Of a DNA stretch of 59,276 bases, positions 53,441 through 59,276 are shown piece by piece. Within the stretch, counting starts at the first letter, position 1. Every line of letters begins with the position of its first letter. Source of the DNA: Chiloscyllium plagiosum (lineage: Eukaryota); NCBI RefSeq assembly GCF_004010195.1, contig NC_057720.1:33262172-33321447 (forward strand), given 5' to 3'. A model generated the notes under the pieces. The model saw only the letters and a list, made by a program, of their open reading frames with translations. It did no database searches and was not told the origin of the DNA. The position numbers were made by a program, and so were the translations under genes.

Positions 53441-53694
53441 TAAGAGCATTCAACAAATCCGAATACCATGGAAAGTGGGTAGATTCTGGAATGTGTGTGA
53501 CTTCTTCCATCAGTTTATCTCCGAGGCAGTGAAAATGACAATTTGTCCCATTGTCTCTAATTTTAAAATTTGAAAATTTTCTGCAGCCTTCTGCAGGCAT
53601 TTGCCTTATAATATGTCAGGAATGTGTCTGGTGCAAAGAAAAACAATTCTGAAACCAGACCAGAATTCACACTTCGATCCCGAGAGGTTAAAAT

Positions 53695-54150
53695 CTGAAT
53701 TGCTGGAAAAATTCAGCAGGTCTGACAGCATCACTGGAGAGAAATCAGAGGTAAAATTTTGGGTCTAGAGATCCTTCTTCAGAACTCTGAATTCTGAAGA
53801 AGAGTCACTAGACCCGAAACATTAACTCTGATAGTGATTTTTGAGAAGATTTGGAGCTCAGGTTGATGATAAGTCTGTAAGTTAGCTCGCTGAGCTTGAA
53901 GGTTTGTCTTCAGATGTTTCATTGCTATACAAGGTAACATCATCAGTGAGAGTCTCTGGTGAAGTGTTGGTAGTATGTCCCACCTCTCACTGATGATGTC
54001 ATCTAATATGGTAACAAAAATTCTGAAAACAAACCTTCAAAGCTCAGCAAGCTAACTTATAGATTTAACTGATTTCTCTCCACAGATGCTGCCAGACCTG
54101 CTGAAATTTTCCAGCAATTTCTGTTTTTGTTTCTGATTTCCAGCACCTGT
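53695..54150. mobile_element. Palindromic PLE (family B), hammerhead at 53789-53828, split by a family D element
   Basis: Left arm 53698-53787 is the reverse complement of 53790-53832 plus 54074-54119; CTGAAGA 53794-53800, GAAA 53816-53819. Confidence 0.8.
53833..54064. mobile_element. Palindromic PLE (family D) with two opposed hammerhead motifs
   Basis: Arms about 53874-53951 and 53984-54063; CTGATGA on minus 53940-53946 and on plus 53990-53996; flanked by ttaact(ct)gat. Confidence 0.8.
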
Positions 54151-54154
54151 ACTT

Positions 54155-57048
54155 AGAGTCATAGAGTCATAGAGGTGTACAGCACTGAAACAGACCCTTC
54201 TGTCCAACTCGTCCGAGCCAACCAGATATGCCAACCTAATGTAATTCCATTTGCCAGCACTTGGCCCATATCCCTTCAAACCCTTCCTATTCATATACCC
54301 ATCCAAATCCCTTTCAAAAGTTGCAATTGTACCAGCCTCCACCACTTCCTCTGGCAGCTCATTCCATACACGTACCACCTTCTGTGTGAAAAAGTTGCCC
54401 TTTAGGGCTCTTTATATCTTTCCCCTCTCACCCGAAACCTATGGCCTCTAGTTCTGGACTCCCCTACCCCAAGGAAAAGATTTTGTTTATTTATCCTCAT
54501 AATTTTGTAAAACTCTATAAGGTCACCTCTCAGCCTCCGATGATCCAGGGAAAACAGCCCCAGCCTGTTCAGCCTCTCTCTACATCTCCAATCCTCCAAC
54601 CCTGGCAATAACCTTGTAAATCTTTTCTGAACCCTTTCAAGTTTCACAACATCTTTCCGATAGGAGGGAGACCAGAATTGCACGCAATATTCCAACAGTG
54701 GCCTAACTAACGTCCTGTACAGCCACAACATGACCTCCCAACACCTGTACTCAATACTCTAACCAATAAAGGAAAGCATACCAAACGCCTTCTTCACTAT
54801 CCTATCTACCTGCGACTTCACTTTCAAAGAGCTATGAACCTGCATTCCAAGGTCTCTTTGTTTAGCAACACTCCCTAGGACCTTACCATTAAGTGTATAA
54901 GTCCTGCTAAGATTTGTTTTCCCTAAATGCAGCACCTCGCATTTATCTGAATTAAACTCCATCTGCCACTTCTCAGCCCATTGGCACATCTGATCAAGNN
55001 NNNNNNNNNNNNNNNNNNNNNNNNNNNNNNNNNNNNNNNNNNNNNNNNNNNNNNNNNNNNNNNNNNNNNNNNNNCCTGCCTTATTTCCCAAGAGTAGGTC
55101 AAGTTTTGCACCTTCTCTAGTAGGTATGTCCACATACTGACTCAGAAAATCTTCTTGTACACTGTTAACAATTTTCTCTCCATCTAAACCCTCAATGCTA
55201 TGGCAGTCCCAGTCTATGTTTGGAAAGTTAAAATCCTCTATCATAACCACTCTAGTATTCTTACAGATAACTGAGATCTCCTTACAAATTTGTTTCTCAA
55301 TTTCCATCTGACTATTGGGTGATCTATAATACAATCCCAATAAGATAATCATTCCTTTCTTATTTCTCAGTTCCACCAAATAACTTCCCTGGATATATTT
55401 CCAGGAATGTCCTCCCTCAGTACAACTGTAATACTATCCCTTATCAAAAACCCCACTCCCCCTCATCTGCCTCTTTTTCTATCCTTCCTGTCGCATTTGT
55501 ATCCTGGAATATTAAGTTGTCAGTCCAGCCCATTCCTGAGCCATGTTTCTGTAATTGCTTTGATATCCCAGTCCTATGTTCCTAACCATGCCCTGAATTC
55601 ATCTGCCTTCCCTGTTAGGCCCCTTGCATTGAAATAAATGCAGTTTAATTTATTAGTCCTACCTTGTCACTGCCTACCCTGACTGTTTGATTTGCTTCTG
55701 TTCTCAACTTTACCAGTATCAGATTGATCTCTTTCCTCAATATCTCCCTAGGTCCCAACACCACCCCTCTTAACTTACTAGTTTAAATCATCCCAAGCAG
55801 CTCTAGCAAATTCCCTTGCCAGTATATTAGTCCCCTTCCAATTTAGATGCAATCCGTCCTTCTTGTACTTCTACCCCAAATGAGATTCCAAAGATCCAAA
55901 AATGTAAGTCCGTCTCCCACACACCAGCTCCTCAGCCACGCATTCATCTTCTCCATCCTCCTATTCCTGCCCTCACTAGCTCGTAGCACCGGGGGTAATC
56001 CAGATATTACTACTCTCGAGGACCTCCTTTTTAAATTCCTGCCTAACTCTCTGTAATCTCCCTTCAGAATCTCAACCTTTTCCCTTCCTATGTCATTGGT
56101 TCCAATGTGGACAATGACCTCCTGCTGGCCCTTCTCCCCCTTGTGAACATTCTGCACCCTCTCTGAGACATCCTTGATCCTGGCACCAGGGAAACAACAC
56201 CATTCTGCTTTTTCTCTGCTGGCCACAGAAATATCTGTCAGTACCTCTGACTACAGAATCCCCTAACACAATTGATCTCTTGGAAGCCGACGTACCCCTC
56301 GTTGCATTAGAGCCAGTCTCAATATCAGAAACTTGGCTGATCATGCTACATTCCCCTGCGAATCCATCACCCCCTACATTTTCCAAAACAGCATACTTGT
56401 TTGAAATGGGATAGCCACAGAAGACTCCTGCACTAGATGCCTACCTCTCTTACCTTTCCTGGAGTTAACCCATCTATGTGACTGTATCTAAGACTTTCCC
56501 CCATTCATATAGGTGCTATCCATCACCTACTGTTGCTGTTGCAAATTCCTCATTGTCTCTAACTGTCTCTCAACCAACTGCATTTATTGCAGATATGATC
56601 TGCAGTAACCCTTAAACTCTCTTTAAACTCCCACATCTGACAAGAAGTGCATATCACTGCAAAGGCCATTTTTGCTCCTTCACAATCTACAGACCCAGAA
56701 AATAACACCGTCTTATTCCTCTACAAAACACTGCTCCAGGTTAAATTAATAGCTATGGCTTATATTTTAATTTTAATCAAGAGATATATCTCAAAAACAT
56801 ATAATCAAGAAAGAACCCACTCTACACACTACTGCAGACTTACTGTAGGCCAAATTTAATGCAATTCAATTATCTGTTTCTGTGCTATGAACTTCACCCA
56901 AACAATTCCTCCAAGATCAATTGTGAATTTCACTGTTTGTTAATTTTCCCAGACGCACTCCGATGTCCAGCAATACATGAATTCAAACAGCAAAGGTAGT
57001 AACTGCGCAGGTTCACTGTGCTGTCAGTTTCTTTCTCTCTCTCTCTCC
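54155..57048 (-). mobile_element. CR1 spanning 5' UTR, ORF1 esterase, ORF2 ends and 3' UTR, with a gap
   Basis: IVLGDSVVRG, CFPGARIKDV, HIGTNDIG; YYRSPN, DFNFPNIDW; RPLLEYCVQFWSP. Confidence 0.93.
54999..55074. other. Assembly gap (76 N)
   Basis: Run of N. Confidence 1.
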
Positions 57049-57049
57049 T

Positions 57050-57752
57050 GCTTTCCCCCTCTCACCCTAAACTTATGCCCACTAGTTCTGGATTCCCCAA
57101 CCCAGGGAAAAGACTTTGTCTCTTTATCCTATCCATGCCCCTCATTATTTTATAAACCTCTATAAGGTAACCCCTCAGCCTCTCAAGATCCAGGGAAAAC
57201 AGCCTCAGCCTATTCAACCTCTCCCTATTGTTTCAATCCTCCAACCCTGGCAACAGCCTTGTAAATCTTTTCTGAACCCTTTCATGTTTCACAACATCCT
57301 TCCAATAGGAAGGAGACCAGAATTGCACACAATATTCCAAAAGTGGCATAACCAATGTCCTGTTCAACCATAACATGACCTCCCAACTCCTGTACACAAT
57401 ATGCTGACCAATACAGGAAAGAATACCAAATGCCTTCTTCACTATCCTATCTACCTGCTACTCCACTTTCAAGAAACTATGTACCTGCTCTCCAAGGTCT
57501 TTTTGTTCAGCAACAGGCCCTAGGACCTTACCATTAAGTGTATAAGTCCTGCTAAGATTTGCTTTCCCAAAATGCATTAACCAAAATAAACTCCACCTGC
57601 CACTCCTCAGCCCATTGGCCCATCTGATCAAGATCTTGTTGTAATCTGAGGTAACCTTCTTCACTGTCCACTACACCTCTAAGTTTGGTGTAATCTGCAA
57701 ACTTACCAACTATACTTCTTATGTTCCCATCCAAATCATTTATATAAATGAT
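57050..57752 (-). mobile_element. CR1 RT fragment
   Basis: KFADYTKL, PLLEYCVQFWSP. Confidence 0.9.
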
Positions 57753-58127
57753 GTTCTTTCTTTTATTTAGAGATTAGAATCTAGTTTTCTTTTATAACTT
57801 CCCAAAGAGCTACTGCATTTTTGTACCTTGTGTGTCATTGTCATTTACATGAGATGACTTTTGTAACTGAAAGTGAGGATTGTATTTCTAAAATTATGAT
57901 AGACACACAAATTTACTGTCATAAATGTTGCACAACAGAATTGTGAAATGAACAATGTTTGATTTTAAAAATAAATAAATAAAATTAGTAATGTATAGTC
58001 AATCACTTTGCAAGGGGGGGAGAGTGTGAAATATTCTTCATATGTTTCCATTTTGTCCTAAATGTGACAGAATTTGAACAGAGTTAACTCAAGACTGGAC
58101 ATGCCTTAGGCACTGTGGACCATCAAC

Positions 58128-59276
58128 ATAGAGTCACAGAGTCATAGAGATGTACAGCAAGGAAATAGATCATTCGGTCGAACCTGTACATGCCAACCAG
58201 ATATCCCAACCCAATCTAGTCCCACCTGCCAGTGCCCAGCCTCTAACCCTCCAAACCCTTCCTATTCATATACCCATCCAAATGCCTCTTAAATGTTGCA
58301 ATTGTACCAGTCTCCACCACATCCTCTGGCAGGTCATTCCATACATGTACCACCCTCTGCGTGAAAACGTTGCCCCTTAGGTCTCTTTTATATCTTTCCT
58401 CTCTCAACCTATGCCCTCTAGCTCTGGACTCCCCGACCCCAGGGAAAAGACTTTGACTTTTTATTCTATCCATGCCCCTATAATTTTGTAAACCTCTATA
58501 AAGTCACCCCTCAGACTACGACGCTCCAGGGAAAACAGCCCCAGCCTGTTCAGCCTCTCCCTGTAGCTCAGATCCTCCAACCCTGGCAACATCCTTGTAA
58601 ATCTTTTCTGAACCCTTTCAAGTTTCACAACATCTTTCCGATAGGAAGGAGACCAGAATTACACGCAATATTCCAACAGTGGCCTAACCAATGTCCTGTA
58701 CAACCGCAACATGACCTCCCAACTCCTGTACTCAATACTCTAACCAATAAAGGAAAGCATACCAAATGCCTTCTTCACTATCCTATCTACCTGTGACTCC
58801 ACTTTCAAGGAGATATGAACCTATATTCCAAGGTCTCTTTGCTCAGCAACACTCCCTAGGACCTTACCATTAAGTGTATAAGTTCTGCTAAGATTTGTTT
58901 TCCCAAAATGCAGCACCTCGCATTTATCTGAATTAAACTCCATCTGCCACTTCTCAGCACATTGGCACATCTGGTCAAGATCCTGTTGTAATCTGAGGTA
59001 ACCTTCTTCGCTGTCCACTACACCTCCAATTTTGGTGTCATCTGCCAACTTACTAACTATACCTCTTATGCTCGCATCCAAATCATTTATGTAAATGACA
59101 AAAAGTAGAGGGCCCAGCACCGATCCTTGTGGCACTCCACTGGTCACAGGCCTCCAGTCTGAAAAACAACCCTCCACCACCACCCTCTGTCTTCTACCTT
59201 TGAGCCAGTTCTGTATCCAAATGGCTAGTTCTCCCTGTATTCCATGAGATCTAACCTTGCTAACCAGTCTCCCACG
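58128..59276 (-). mobile_element. CR1 RT and 3' UTR, continuing beyond the window
   Basis: VTSGVPQGSVLGPLLFVIYINDLD...ADDTKIGG; (atagagtc)n-like tail on the plus strand. Confidence 0.96.

Overview
Vertebrate genomic DNA, very probably from a cartilaginous fish (shark). The evidence is HE1/V-SINE-like and SacSINE1/DeuSINE-like SINEs plus very abundant CR1 LINEs. The window is repeat-dense and looks intronic. It holds many decayed CR1 copies (two retaining an SGNH-esterase ORF1), three L1-clade fragments, solo LTRs, a 25-bp minisatellite and two assembly gaps. Almost every ORF in the track is transposon-derived or spurious. One good and several weaker minus-strand exon candidates point to an unidentified host gene. 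The most interesting signal is a set of about 17 minimal type-I hammerhead ribozyme motifs (CUGANGA-stem II-GAAA-palindrome-NUH), mostly decayed, in at least four families of short Penelope-like (PLE) elements. Four of these elements are 200-240 bp head-to-head palindromes with a ~30-40 nt tail on only one arm, and three of the four show 11-14 bp target-site duplications (TSDs). Repeat boundaries are approximate and family names come from recognition, not from database searches.
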